A stretch of DNA of 64,000 nucleotides from positions 3,513,770 to 3,577,769 of the forward strand of contig JAHRHZ010000085.1 in the NCBI GenBank assembly GCA_024137785.1, written 5' to 3'. Under the pieces are notes generated by a model. The model worked only from the letters and a program-made list of their open reading frames with translations. It was not told the origin of the DNA and made no database searches. How positions within the stretch are numbered: the stretch's first letter is position 1; each line of letters begins with the position of its first letter. Shown in pieces: positions 48,241 through 61,672 of the stretch. A program made the position numbers and the translations under genes. Source of the DNA: Ginglymostoma cirratum. Its lineage: Eukaryota.

Positions 48241-50149
48241 AGATGACCATGGTTAAGGAAATCAGGATGATAAATTTATTTGGGGTGAAATTAGGAATTG
48301 TAGGAAATAAATCAATGCCTAAGATTAATCAATGTGAAACAACATATACAAGATGAAATATTTATGTTTGTGTTTGGGGACATCTGTAATAATGGGTGAC
48401 TTTAATCTCCTTATCAAATTAAACAGAAAGATTGAAGCGAGGTTGAAAAAAATGGGCCTATACCCAACGGAGATCAGGAAAGTATGAAGATATATCTTTC
48501 TTACGTCGATAACAGTGAGTGTCCTTAACTGGACGGACACTGAAGAGATGATTACTCCAAAGTCGGACACTTGAATTCGGCCAAGTAATTTGCAATCAAA
48601 AAATCTAATTTTAAAGGCAGACATGAATTTTTGTTCTGCTCATGTTCGCAGGGTCTGTAACCCTTGAAATTCTCTTCCAGAAAAGAGTAGAAGTGTGACA
48701 ATTATATTTATTCAGGAGACTTTAATTAGGTTTTGGCTTAGTTAGAGTGTCCTATTTGTGTGGCTGCCACAATGGAAACTGAAGTTTGGGACCATAACTC
48801 GATGAGATAAGATCACACCAAATCAGTGGACTAAAATATAAGGATGGAATGTTCCAATCCTCCATGAAAGTCTTATGTTCCTTCTTCGTATATTCCCTTG
48901 CATGGCTGCTACATGAGAAGGTGAATCTAGCAATTAAATTATTCATGACTTATAATTTGTAATATCTGCAATACAAATACAGCCGTTTTGATACAAAAGC
49001 CCAAATCATTTGAAAACAGGGACAACAATTTCACTACCTAACCCATTCCACAATATTCAGTGTTCAATATTTATTTTAGGTTGGTTCCAAACTTTGATGG
49101 TGGTGGTCGTGGTGCAAGTGGTGGGAGTTGGGAGATTGTTGTGCGTAAAGTTGGTGCATAAGGAATACCTGAATATTAGTTATCATGCAAGAAACTGTGG
49201 AAGAGAGGATCAGTGAGTAGAAACAAAGGAATATGGGAAGCTGGTACAGGAAGGCATGTAAGGAAAGTAAAAGACAAGCAGCTCCTTCCCGTCAGAGCAT
49301 ATAAATTTGGACATTTTCTGTATGATTCCAAAATTCAGACCCACAGTCTCCACTCACAACGGCCCAAAACCTCTTCCCCTCTGTTGCCTCTGTGCAGCTT
49401 ATAATATTCAGGGCCACAATGCAAAACCAACATTCACCACAACGTAAACATTACAGATGGTATTGATAAATAAAGTTATGTCCACTTTCATCAACCGTGT
49501 ACCAATTACATTTGCTCAATATCTTAGTTCTGTTCTCATTTGAGTCATTTGCTGTCTCGGTTCAGGTATTCAGTGTTACCCCATTGCTCTCATAAGTGTT
49601 TGTGAAGAACTTTAATTTTCAGTGGAGAAGACTGAGCAGAGACCAGGGGACAGCATGGAAAAGCCTAAAATGCCCTGCTGTAGCCTGCTGAAGATAGTTA
49701 TGTGCATCAACAGACTGCAATACATGATTTAGAAGAAACATCAAGGACAATGTTGGTGAAACTCAGATTGAACAATGTGTTAAGAAGCTGAAGACTTCCT
49801 GGAGCTGCCAAAATTGTATGGTATGAATCTTAGCCCAAAAGGTTACCAGAGAGTTAGTTTTAGCCTGGCTCACTCGATCAACAATGAGATTGGTTAGCCA
49901 CTACATGATGCAATGTATCAAATTGGTCACACATACTTCCAGATGCACTGAGCACATCCTTGTCCATCACCATCAGAGTATCTTAATAAACTACTCTGGA
50001 AGGATGATGAAAACTGAAAAGTAAGGCCACCTTTAGATGGCACTGAAGAGTAGAGATATATGGGTGTGCTGTGTGCAGACTGTCTGAATCGAAACAAGGT
50101 TCCTAGCACTGTAAGGCAGCTGTGCTAACTGGGCCACCAAAGGTGTCTT

Positions 50150-52250
50150 TCCGAAAGAGAGTTTATGACCACTGACCCAGCAACACTGAAGAAACTGAGA
50201 TAACTTTCCAAGTCACATGGGGAGTTGCCTGGAGGGCAATTTACAGGCGATTGTATTCCCATGTATCTGCTGCCTTGTTATTTTAGGTGGGAGTCATTAT
50301 GGATTTGGAAGGTGATTGCCAAAGATCCCTGTATTTGGCTGCAGAAACCTGGATATTGTCCAAGCTTTACTACATTTGCAAATGGACTGTTTCAGTAACT
50401 GAGGACTTGTGGATAGAGCTTATCATTGTGCAATTATCAGTGAACATCCCTAACACTAGTGTAATAAGGGAGGGAAGGGAATTGATGAAGCAAGTGAAGA
50501 TGTTTGGGCCTTGGACATAAATCCAAAGGCTTCCAGGAGAGATATCTTGAAGCTGAAATACAATCAACTGAGCCATCTTCTTTGGTGCTAATATAACACT
50601 GACCAGTGGAGAATTCGCCCGATTCCCATTCACTCCAGTTTTGCTTGAACTCCTTGATGGCAAAATCAATCAAATGTGGCCTTTATGTAAGGGGCAGTTA
50701 CTCTTTCTTCACATTCATATATCTTTCCCCCAGGTAGTCTTGGAGCACTGAACCAGAGCCTTCAGTCCAACATGTCTATGCCAATCAAATTTCCCAAAGT
50801 AAACTAATCGCATTTGCCTGCATTTGGATCATCTCCTCTAACCCTTTGCTATTCATGTACCTGTCCAAATACCTTTTAAATATTTTAAACATATCTGTAT
50901 CTATCACTCCTTCTGGCAGCTCATTACATATATAAGCTACCATCTGTGTAAAAAAAAGTCCCTTTTAAATCTTTCTCCTCTCAACTTAAAATTATTCCCT
51001 CCAGTTTTGAACTCTCCTACACGAGGGAAAACACCTTTGCTATTTGCCTCATCTCTGCACCTCACAATTTTATAAACCTGTATAAAGTAACACACCAGCC
51101 TCCTGTGCTCCAATGCAAAATGTCTCAGCCTGCTCAGCCTCTCCTCAGAACTCCAACCCTCCAGTCCCAGTGACCGCCTTGTAAATTTTTTCTGCACCCT
51201 CTCCCATTTTAATAATATCCTTCCACAACCATTCATTGTAATCTAAAAGTGGCTGTACCAACGTCCCATATAACATGATCCAAGTCTCTACTGAGGGCAA
51301 GAGCTGAGTGGCCCTGGTGGAACTTGAACTGAGCATCATTGAACCGGTTACTGATAGGTCAGTGTCGTTTGACAACACTGTAGCTGTCAGCCTCCATCTT
51401 TTTACAACTGAATGAGACTATCCTGAAAGGGCAATAATCGGGTCGGCTGGATTTATCCTCTGACTCTTCCTCAGAGTAAAATAAAATCCTCATCTTTGTC
51501 CTAAAATGTAGCAGAATAATTTGAAAGATGCATCGCTCGACCTGGACTCACCCACAGGAGGAAACATCCTTCCTATTTCCACCTTTTTGAAACCATTAAG
51601 GATCTTTCATCAGGTTGTCTCTCACTCTTCTAAATCCCAGTGCCAACAAGCCGAAGCTGTCCAACTTATCCTCTGAGGACAACCAGCTCATTGCAGGCAC
51701 AAATCACAAACAAATACTGGAGAACTTCAGCACGTCTGGCAGCATCTGTGGAGATAGAAAAATAATGAACATTTTGAATCTGGTATTAGTTCCACAGCTT
51801 TTCCACAGCACTGCCAAACCCTCTGAGATTCTGTAGAATTTCTGGTTTTAATCCTTTGAATTTTCCACATTGTCTGGTTGAATCCAGTGATGCAACCGCA
51901 CTTGAACAACTTGGCTAGGGATCCCACCATATCTGGAGCACACCGCTTCAGTACAATCGTTGGACTGTTGTCAAGGATAATAATCTTTGCAGCGTTCAGT
52001 GATATCATGTAAAGTGTATCAAATTAACTGAAGGCTCGCATCCTTGATGCTTTACATATCTGGAGGAGGCTGATGTTTGTTGCAAATGATGAAGCCTCAC
52101 TTTTTGCACGAATGTGTTTGTCTCTCGTATTATTAAGGGTGAGACTATTTGTGGAGGCTCCGACTCCAGTCAGTTGTTTCATTGTTCAAGACCTTTCACA
52201 ACCCAGGTGTGACAGTTGTAAAGTATACACCTGACTGTTCGCTGCAAAAT
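50150..52250 (-). mobile_element. Fragmented LINE (CR1/L2 group) RT with nested CR1 (50740-51290) and PLE hairpin (~51705-51850)
   Basis: QGPNIFTCFINSLPSLI...GMFTDNCTM (GSVLGP..F..FINDLP/FADD) and IVLKRCAP...LAKLF. The nested CR1 gives ERVQKKFTR..GLEG.S.EERLSRL. Confidence 0.75.
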
Positions 52251-52760
52251 TGGTGAGCCGTGTCTATCAGTTGCTGCATGTGCCATTTGGCATGTATGTA
52301 ATCCTACCTGCCACAGATCGATTGGTACACAGGTCAGGAATCGTCTAGCTAGATTGCAAAACGTTGCTGATGCAATAAACAAAATAGTCCGAACTCATCT
52401 TCTAACCCAGGGAGATTTTTTATTTTTTTTTTTTGCTTGGTGAGTGAGATATGAAGTTTACATGTGTTCTCAAGAGAGTGGTGATACTTGTATCCAACAG
52501 CAAGCCAATGAAACCAAATGAAATTATTTTGTCTGCAGATTTAAATAGGGCCACAATTTTTGCAATATATCTCAATATGCATTTATTTTATGAGATTTTG
52601 TGGGTTGAAGCTATGGAACCACAGATTTACAAATGAAATTCATTGGTGGTGGTTTAACTCTGCAATTGCCCCATTCTAGTCCAAAATTTGCTTTTAAGCA
52701 AATCAGATGTTTGAAAGTATTTTCACATCCAATAGCTATTCCAATTGTCGAATGCAGAAT

Positions 52761-54260
52761 TTATGATTCCTCATGTGAAATTTCCTCAACACGTGCGTGG
52801 AAATTACTTCTTTTAACTTGGATATTACCAGTCATATCATTGGAGAAAATGAATGGAAACACTTTTACAATCTTCGTGGCGAGCAGTACAATTGGAAGCA
52901 CGACAGGGACATATTCAAAAACCTGAACAGCGTTGATTTTTGAGGCAAAAGCTGTAAATTGGTGTAAAAGCACAAACCAGAAATAAATATTTTTGAATGT
53001 CATATATCTGAATAGACTGTTTTTTGAATATTGTTTGTCATAGTCATAGAGTTATACCTTCTTTCGCAATAGTGTAACTGACATTTGCTAGAAATGAGCT
53101 TGAAACGTGGTGCAGTTGACAAGTGTAAACTGTGTCACATTCGACTGCCTCTGACACCTCTAAGGTGCTGATAACCTCAAAGTCCGTTGGTATTTACTTT
53201 TTGTTCATTTCTAAATCCGGTCAAGACTTTTGTATCATCGTTGTGCCAAGTAAAATTTAAATCTTTTGAGTAAGAGGCAGAAGTTCTGCACTGTGGAATG
53301 AAAGAAATGCCTTCCAATGGTACTGGCAGAAGCTGCATTGTATATAATATAATTCAGATAAATGTAAATGTCAGAATCCAATTCCAAAACTTGAACGATT
53401 CAATTAACAAACCATCTGCAGTTTCAGGGCAAGGTTTTTGCATCAGTCATCATGATTTGCTAGGCGTAAATATTACGTTTATCATAGTGATGCGTACTTC
53501 CCCTCCCCAACCCAAAGTAATTGATGCACCATTTCCAAGTTCAGCAAAATTGGATTCTAACTTAAATACGCATTAATTATTACAAATATATTTGGGACGT
53601 CATTTTGCATCCTTCTCGTGACAACCAGTTTGGAACTGGATTCTGGATTGTAGAAACTGCTGAAGCCGCGGTCCAAATGAGGGGGACAGGAATTATATTT
53701 TCAATGAGATACCGGGATATTCAAAGATACTATTTGGATCTCTTCAAATTGGTTCCCGATGCTGAGATTAGAAAAGAAAAATGGATAGCTTCAAAGTTTG
53801 GTATCAACTTACTCTGCAATAGATACATTTCAGTACAATATTCTAATTAACTGCAAATGGTAATCCTCACACTGAAGGAGTTCCTAAAATGTTTTCAGAT
53901 TGATGCCAATTTCATTCTAAAGAAGTTGAATACTCGTGGGAAACATATATATTTAGGAAAATGAATTTTAACCATCATCGTTGTTTTTTTTAGCAGCTGA
54001 GACACCATGTTTGTCAATCACACCATCTCCAGTAAGTTGCACAGCAGCTTCTTTCCTAGCCGTTCGATGCTGATATTTGACGACAGAGGAATGTGTTCCA
54101 GCGACCCGGACAGTCACATTCAGAAGGTTCAGGTCGGCTGCTCCGCTAATTGCAGTGAATAACTTTCTGCTATCCTCCTGCAGAAAGGGATTATTAAAAT
54201 CTCTCCACCAGTAAGTGACAATATTTGAATGGTTGATTTCGAAGGAGAAAGGACACAGCA
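52761..54260 (-). pseudogene. V(J)-C1-TM IgSF pseudogene, copy D (inverted duplicate)
   Basis: V remnant 54260-54024: LCPFSFEINHSNIVTYWW...LNLLNVTVRVAGTHSSVVKY, 5' end deleted and 2nd Cys lost. C1 exon 53332-53058 (ag|..|gtataa). Phase-compatible TM exon 52951-52761: AFASKINAVQVFEYVPVVLPIVLLATKIVKVFPFIF...*. Confidence 0.85.
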
Positions 54261-54702
54261 GGAGAAGAAAGTGGGGCACAATTAATACCCTCTGACTCTT
54301 ATAGGACTGAATGGACTGAGCAAGAGTTTCGGAGAAGCCTGTCTGAAATCCCCTTCCTCATTACTTTTCAAAATCATGTCTTTGACTCTGAGATAATATT
54401 TGAGCTCTCTGTGACTCTTCTGTGTCGCCCTTTCTTCCCCATAACTCCCACTGAAGATATTATGTCTGTTTGACTCATCCAGTATAGTTAATTATTAGTT
54501 GGTATAGATTTGACTTTCGTTATCTTTGTACCCAGCCAATAACTGTTGTCAAAGACGGTAACCAGGCAACAACATTTATGTGAACAAGAAATGCTGGAGA
54601 TCACAGCAGGTCAGTCTGCATCCATGGAGAGAAAGCAAATTAATGTCTCGAGTCTAGATGACACTCCATCAGCTCAGAGCTTCTGAATAGTCATATAGAC
54701 TC
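53058..54702 (-). repeat. Inverted partial copy of the duplication unit (= 13045-16140 with an internal deletion)
   Basis: 54265-54702 is the reverse complement of ~13045-13478, joined directly to the equivalent of 14860 onward. Confidence 0.9.
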
Positions 54703-54864
54703 CAGTGTACTCCTAAGTTCTTTTTTTCGCTGAAACTCGATCCATCTTGCCATTGTCGGACCCTCAATTCCCTGATTCCTATTTTCCTCTTTTCACTTGT
54801 CTTTTCCCTTTAACATACCATAAAACACACAAGTGATCCTTTGATCCATTATTGAGATTAAAAT

Positions 54865-55157
54865 CCTCCCTATTCCCACGGTTCTGCCATCTGCAAAAAC
54901 AATGGCCTTCTGCAGTACAGTCAACCACAAGTCAGAATCCACTTTCCCCAGTGCTGCTACCAGTAGCCAATGAACTAGAGTACACTTCTTGTTTACAATT
55001 CTTTGGAGGAATACCACTGTGAAGCACTGATCGCATTTGTGCCTTTATTAGAGAGCTTCCTTGAAGGAAGAAATGCCAGGGGAGTGTGGTCCACCCTATC
55101 TGTGCAGTAAATTCACATGCTGCACCATCTGGATAATGCCCAAGCCATTTCTCCAAT
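54865..55157 (-). pseudogene. Ig V(J)-type exon (paralogue of 10437-10718)
   Basis: ttgttccttcag acceptor. TTLPWHFFLQG, GESGF*L and IVFADGRTVGIG. Confidence 0.55.
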
Positions 55158-55194
55158 CTGAAGGAACAAAACAAAAACATGTTTTTTTTTTGAT

Positions 55195-55805
55195 ATGGGC
55201 TGGATGTTACATTTCATTGGCACTGCCATCACATATGTGCTGTTTCCCCATCAGCAAGTTCAGATTGAGTAAGTTGTTTGAACATTTGCCTCAGTTTATT
55301 GTCGCATGTCGCAGTTATGAACCTTCCTGTTCTGGCATTTATTTCCTGTTTCATTTACGCATTGCATTCTCATAAAATTCTGCAGTTATTTAACTTTCAT
55401 TTAACAGATAATGTGTTGTTGACTTTAAAGCACATTAACTGATTCTCTCTGCGTTATTTGATATTTAAGATCGTCTCAAAAATTTGGCTTTGAATTTCTC
55501 TTCCTGTAGGCTCCAGTGAAATATCGGTCGAGTTGAATCAGCCCCATGTGAAGTTGTAGACAGATGTTTGCTCGAATGTGTCCTGAAAATAGTTGGTTCC
55601 TTTCATTCAAGGCAGCCTTTCTCTGAATGTATACTGGTGGAATCAAGATAATGATTAATATTTCTGCAAGGAGCAAGCTTACAGAACATTAGTTGGTTTC
55701 TTCAGATAATCAGTTTGAAAGTGCATGAGGAGGAGTGGCCTATTTCACAGACTATCATCAAAGCAGTTTTGTTTTGATAAAACAGACGGTGTCCACAGTA
55801 ACATT
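55195..55805 (+). pseudogene. Leader + Ig V exon (paralogue of 10753-11355)
   Basis: MGWMLHFIGTAITYVLFPHQQVQI then gtaagt. Acceptor tcttcctgtag| at 55510, followed by VELNQPHVKL*TDVCSNVS*...LNVYWWNQDND.../WFLQIISLKV. Confidence 0.6.
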
Positions 55806-57693
55806 GTGGGATAGGCATGAAAAGAACATAAGAATCAGGTGTTTATAACAGTTATTTCATAAATTGTCTCATTCCTCAATTGTGCTTTGAAACTTCCCTT
55901 TCATATATCCATAAATGCGTATGTAGTGGGCTTCAATAAACAGTTCAACATTTACTGTCAATTCTTAGTGATCTTTGTAATTAGTGACTTGCTGGTCCGT
56001 CGGTAAAGACAGGTAGAAGGGACCCACATTAATCTGGTTATTTGGCATTATGTGCCAACCGGATCAGGTCACCATAACAGGAGAAGACCAAAAATTCAGT
56101 TCAGCCATGTCCGCCATTTCCAATAGTTCGATATGCACACATTTAACTTGTAACATTCAACTACTTAGTGTTGCACCTGTGTTAAGATATTTATAGTTGT
56201 GAAGTGGTTTTACCAAAATAACAGTTAGCCTCTCTTTGATTTGTGTGTTTATTCCAGTACCATTCAACAATGTGCATGTGACAACAACATGAATGACTGA
56301 CATGAGTTCACCACAGAGCACAGAGATTTGATTCTCTTTGAAGCTATTTTGTTTATTCTGGAAACAGAGAGATGAAATTTGTGGGATTATGATTTGCGTA
56401 TTTCAAGTTTAATAGGGTATCTGTTAGTATATCTGAAAGCTTGTGTTATTGGCAAGTAAAGACACTTTAAAATGCCAATGTTTTCATTATGTATTTGATC
56501 CACAATCAGGACATAATCATCTTCAACATTCATTTCAATCACAAGTAAAGGGCACTTTTAATCAATTTTGATAATAATGATGATTCATACTCTCGGTAAT
56601 TTCACAAAAGAATCAATAATCTAACGGAAGTTCAATTGTAAACTTGTCTGGAATTTGTTCAACACAGGAAAAGATAAAGCAAGCATTCTGTAAAACACAA
56701 GTCCCATTTACTTCATTCTCGCATTGATAAGTTTGAATTACCTTTAATTTCACATGGTTCTATGAAGATATTTTTTGGCATGTCAGTGTCGACACCATGC
56801 AGTAGGAATCTTTGCTGACTCCCACCATGAGTATTCAACCCAAACAGCAAATATGAGTTGGTAATGGGCTGATACAAATGAAAACAAAAGGTTTACTTTT
56901 TTGTGATGTTAAGGATCTTGGGAAACTGATGGTGAGCCAAGTTCTTGAATGGGTGAATACAACGTGGTTCATGTCTACCCAATGTGCTGCTCGGAAGGGG
57001 TTACGTACCCAGAATTCAGGACCAAGCCAGAGGATCTGTCTTCTGATACAGAACATGATTCGGGAATGTCTATCTTCTACCCAAGGAGTGCACTTGCAAA
57101 GTATTCTTGCATATTACCACTTCCCATTGCCGAGATGACAGCAACTATAACAAACTCAGGAGAATGGCATTTCACAAGGCAAAGCAGCACTTTTGATCTG
57201 CAACCACATTCCCTGAAATGATCATTTCACCACATGGACAACAGCTAGTCAGAAGGAAACAACCTGATCTAGACAGATATTAGCAGGTATTCACAAAGAC
57301 AGTAAGTGTATGTGAATAAAACAGAGAAATGGCGTTGGAGCAAACTACTGCAGATACTGGAATTTGCACTCAAACCAAAAATGCTGGAGATCACAGAGGG
57401 TTACACAGAATCCACGGAGAGACAACAAGCTAACGTTTAGAGTCTACATGAGAATTCCTAAGCTCTGAGCTGATGGAGTGTCATCTGGACTCGAAACGTT
57501 CGTTTACTTTCTCTCCGTGGATGCTGCCTGACCGGCTGTGATCCCCAACAGTTTTTGTTCACATAAATGGTGTTGCCTGGTTACCGCCTTTGACAGCAAT
57601 TATTGGCTCAACCCAAAGAGGTACAGAGACAAATCTGTACCAACTAATAATTTACTTCATTAGTTTAGTCAAACAGACATAATATCTTCAGTG

Positions 57694-57910
57694 ATAACAA
57701 TGTGTACAGCTGGATAGACACAGCAGGCCAAGCAGCATCAGAGGAGCAGGAAAGCTGACGTTTCGGGCCTCACAGATTAATCTGAAGAAGGGTCTCGGCC
57801 AGAAACGTCAGCATTCCTCCTCCTCTGATGCTGATTGAAATGCTGTGTTCATCCAGCTCTCCATCTTGTTATCTCTGATTGTCCAGCAACTGCAGTTCCG
57901 ACTATTTCTG
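57694..57910. mobile_element. PLE hairpin insertion specific to unit E
   Basis: TSD atatcttcagtg (57682-57693, 57911-57922). Empty site at ~13273 and ~54450. Confidence 0.85.
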
Positions 57911-59233
57911 ATATCTTCAGTGGGAGTTATTGGGAAAAATGGCCAGACAGAAAAATCACAGCGAATGACTTGTACATGTATTATCTGACAGCCAAAGACA
58001 TGATGCCGAAAAGTAATGAGGAATAGGATTTCAGACAGGTTAATCCGACACTCTAGTTCAGTTCTTTCAGTCCTATCGGAGCCAGAGAGTATTAATTGGA
58101 CCCAACTTTATTCTTTTTTAATATTTCTGTAGCAGTAGTTTCAGCCGAAATTCCCGCGTCATTTAAATTACTATAACAACAGTCACCTGCTTGGTCACAA
58201 AATTAGAAACAGTTTACAACACAGAGAAGCAAAGTGTCTGTGCCGATGAATAAAAGAGCAGCCAAACCCAATCTCACTCCCCAGGATTTAATGTGAAACA
58301 CGGCAGATTACAGTTCTTCAAGAACATATGCAGTCAAAAAACCGCCAAAAGTGTCTGCGTCTATTATTCATTCAGGCAGTGTGTTCCAGACAGCTACAAA
58401 ACTCGAGGATAAACTGTTTCATCACTGCCTGTTTAGCCCGTTTCTCTTTCAGTGAGTAACCTTTGAGTGATTGACCTTTGTATGAAGGTAAATGACGTCT
58501 TCCCTACCCACTGTGCCTCCGCCCGGCCGGTTTTGTATATTCTATTCAAATTCCCTCTCAGCTTTTGTTGGTTTCACTGACAAAGACTTCAGCCCATCCA
58601 ATCGGTCCTCGGCCATACTTTCAAGTCCTGGCACAACCTCTGAAGTATTTTCTGTATCCTCACTCGTGTAGTCATTGCTATTATGGTTCCTGATTGCAAA
58701 AACAACAGCAGACTTTATTTGAAAAGATCTGCGTGTTTTTTTTTCATTCAGGAATCAAATGCATGATTAAATTGGAAACAGAGATGAGCATTTAACAATC
58801 AATGCTGTTCTCAGACTCAACGGATAGTCTCAGATTTTCGGAGATAGCAACAACTGCCGATGCTGGAATCAGAGACAATACAGTATGGCGCTGCAGGAAC
58901 ACATCAGGCCAGGCAGCATCAGAGGAGCAGGAAAGTTTATGTTCCGAGCCAGGACACTTTTTCAGATAAGTCATTTTTAGAAGAAGGGTCCCGACCTGAA
59001 ACATCAACTATCCTGTTCCTCTGATGCTGCCTGGTCTCATGTGTACCTACAGCTCCCCACTGTGTTGTCTCAGATCTTCACTGCCGATATGTCTCCGTGT
59101 TATTCACAACCAGATGTCTTTCTGCTGTGTGTCACATGCGCATGTGCACATTTTGTTGAGCGATGTATGAACTGCTCATAATCAAGGTGCAGCGTGAACT
59201 TAAAGCTATATTGGAAAACTATGCGGACACTTA

Positions 59234-61449
59234 TTGTATCAGAGATAAAAGGTACTGCAGATGCTGGAGAATCCGAGATAACAAGAATGGGGCTGGATGA
59301 ACACAGCAGGTCAAGCAGCATCAGAGGAGCAGGAAAACTTGACGTTTCGAGCCTAAACCCTTCATCAGAAATAGGGGAGGGGAAAAGGGTTCTGAAATAA
59401 ATAGGGAGAGATGGCGAGGCGGATAGAGGATGGATAGAGGAGAGGATAGGTGGAGAGGAGGCAGACAAGTAGAAGCGGCGGGGATGGAGCCAGTAAAGGT
59501 GAGTGTCGGTAGGGGGATAGGGAGGAGAAAGGTCAGTCCAGGGAGGACGGACAGGTCAAGGGGGAGGAATGATGTTAGTAGATAGGAGATGGGGGTGTGG
59601 CTTGAGGTGACAGGAAAAACAGGTTAGGGAGGTGGAGATGAGCTGGGCTGGTTTTGGGATGCGGTTGGGGGAGGGGAGATTTTGAAGCTTGTGAAATCCA
59701 CATTGATGCCATTGGGCTGCAGGGTTCCCAGGCTGAATATGATTTGCTGTTCCTGCAGCCTTCGGGTGGCATTACTGTGGCATTGCAGGAGGCCCAGGAT
59801 GGACATGTCATCTGAGGAATGGGAGGGGGAGTTGAAATGGTTCACGACTGGGAGGTGCAGTTGTTTCTTGAGAACTGAGCGCAGGTGTTCTGCAAAGCAG
59901 TCTCCAAGCCTCCGCTTGGTTTCCCCGATGTAGAGGAAGCCACAACGCGTACAGCGGATGTAGTATACCACATTGACAGATGTGCAAGTGATCATCTGCC
60001 TGATGTGGAAATCGTCTTGTGGCCTGGGATTGGGATGAGGGAGGAGGTGTGGGGGCAGGTGTAGCACTTCCTGCGGTTACAAGGAAAAGTGCAAGGGTGT
60101 GGTGGGGCTGGAGGGGAGAGTGGAGCGGACAAGGAAGTTGCGGAGGGAGTGGTCCCTCCGGAAGGCAGATAAGGGTGGGGTGGGAAAAATGTCTTTGGTG
60201 GTGGGGTCTGATTGCAGATGGCGGAAGTGTCGGAGGATGATGCGTTGGATCCGGAGTTTGGTGGGGTGGTATGTCATTCCACTCCCGTACATCTCAAATG
60301 TCCTCATTCTTCAACGACCGCAACTCTCCCCCACAGTGGACGAGAATGCCCTCGACCGTGTCTCCCGCATTTCCCGGAACACATCCCTCACGCCCCGTCC
60401 CCGCAATAATAACCAAAAAAGAATCCCCCTCGTCCTCACATACCACCCCACCAACCTCCGGATCCAACGCATCATCCTCCGACACTTCCGCCATCTGCAA
60501 TCAGACCCCACCACCAAAGTCATTTTTCCCTCCCCACCCTTATCTGCCTTCCGGAGGGACCACTCCCTCTGCGACTCCCTTGTCCGCTCCACACTCCCCT
60601 CCAGCCCCACCACACCCAGCACTTTTCCTTGTAATGCAGGAAATGCTACACTTGCCCCCACACCTCCTCCTTTCACCCCAATCCCAGGCCCCAAGAAGAC
60701 TTTCCACATCAGGCAGATGATCACTTGCACATCTGTCAATGTGGTATACTACATCCGCTGTACGCGTTGTGGCTTCCTCTACATCGGGGAAACCAAGCGG
60801 AGGCTTGGGGACCGCTTTGCAGAACACCTGCGCTCAGTTCGCAAGAAACAACTGCACCTCCCAGTCGTGAACCATTTCAACTCCCCCTCCCATTCCTCAG
60901 ATGACATGTCCATCCGGGGCCTCCTGCAATGCCACAGTGATGCCACCCGAAGGCTGCAGGAACAGCAAATCATATTCAGCCTGGGAACCCTGCAGCCCAA
61001 TGGCATCAATGTGGATTTCACAAGCTTCAAAATCTCCCCTCCCCCAAACGTATCCCAAAACCAGTCCAGCTCATCTCCACCTCCCTTACCTGTTTTTCCT
61101 CTCACCTATCCCCTCCTCCCACCTCAAGCCACACCCCCATCTCCTATCTACTAACATCATCCCGCCCCCTTGACCTGTCGTCCTCCCTGGACTGACCTAT
61201 GTCCTCCCTACCCCCCTACCTACACTCACCTTTACTAGCTCCATCCCCGCCTCTTTGACTTGTCTGCCTCCTCTCCACCTATCCTCTCCTCTATCAATCC
61301 TCTATCCGCCTCCCCCTCTCTCCCTATTTATTTCAGAACCCTCTTCCCCTCCCCCATTTCTGATGAAGGGTTTAGGCCCGAAACCTCAATTTTTCCTGCT
61401 CCAATGATGCTGCTTGACCTGCTGTGTTCATCCAGCCCCATGCTTGTTT
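59234..61449. mobile_element. Young Neptune-type PLE as a ~2.2-kb palindrome (GIY-YIG endonuclease 3' half in both arms)
   Basis: Left arm (-) runs to 60273 and right arm (+) starts at 60274. NVVYYIRCTRCGFLYIGETKRRLGDRFAEH is a GIY-YIG motif, with Cys-rich linker CNRRKCYTC. TSD tgcggacactta (59222-59233, 61450-61461). Empty site at ~14555. Confidence 0.95.
59337..59372 (-). ncRNA. Minimal type I hammerhead ribozyme motif
   Basis: AUUU-CUGAUGA-A-GGGUUUAGGCUC-GAAACGUC-AAGU has an intact core, stem II and stem I. The mirror copy at 61356-61391 has GUC>CUC. Confidence 0.75.
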
Positions 61450-61672
61450 TGCGGACACTTAATTGTGTTTTCTTTTTTGTGCTTTATGTGCATGTAAAGT
61501 ATTCACAGAGCTCATTTGCTGCTGTGTTAGGGCGGAGAAAATATGACATTCAATGAGGACAGTAGTTTAAAAATTGTAGAAATAGTCAATTCGGCAGCGT
61601 AAATTGCTATTGCATCAATTACCTGGAACAAGGATGTTATTTGGACAAACCATCGTTCTTCTTTAATCCCAG

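Noticed and set aside
60099-61154. Longest ORF (351 aa) as a gene
   Set aside because: It is a chimera of the antisense left arm and the sense right arm of the PLE palindrome. It has no RT and has compensating frameshifts in the Cys linker.
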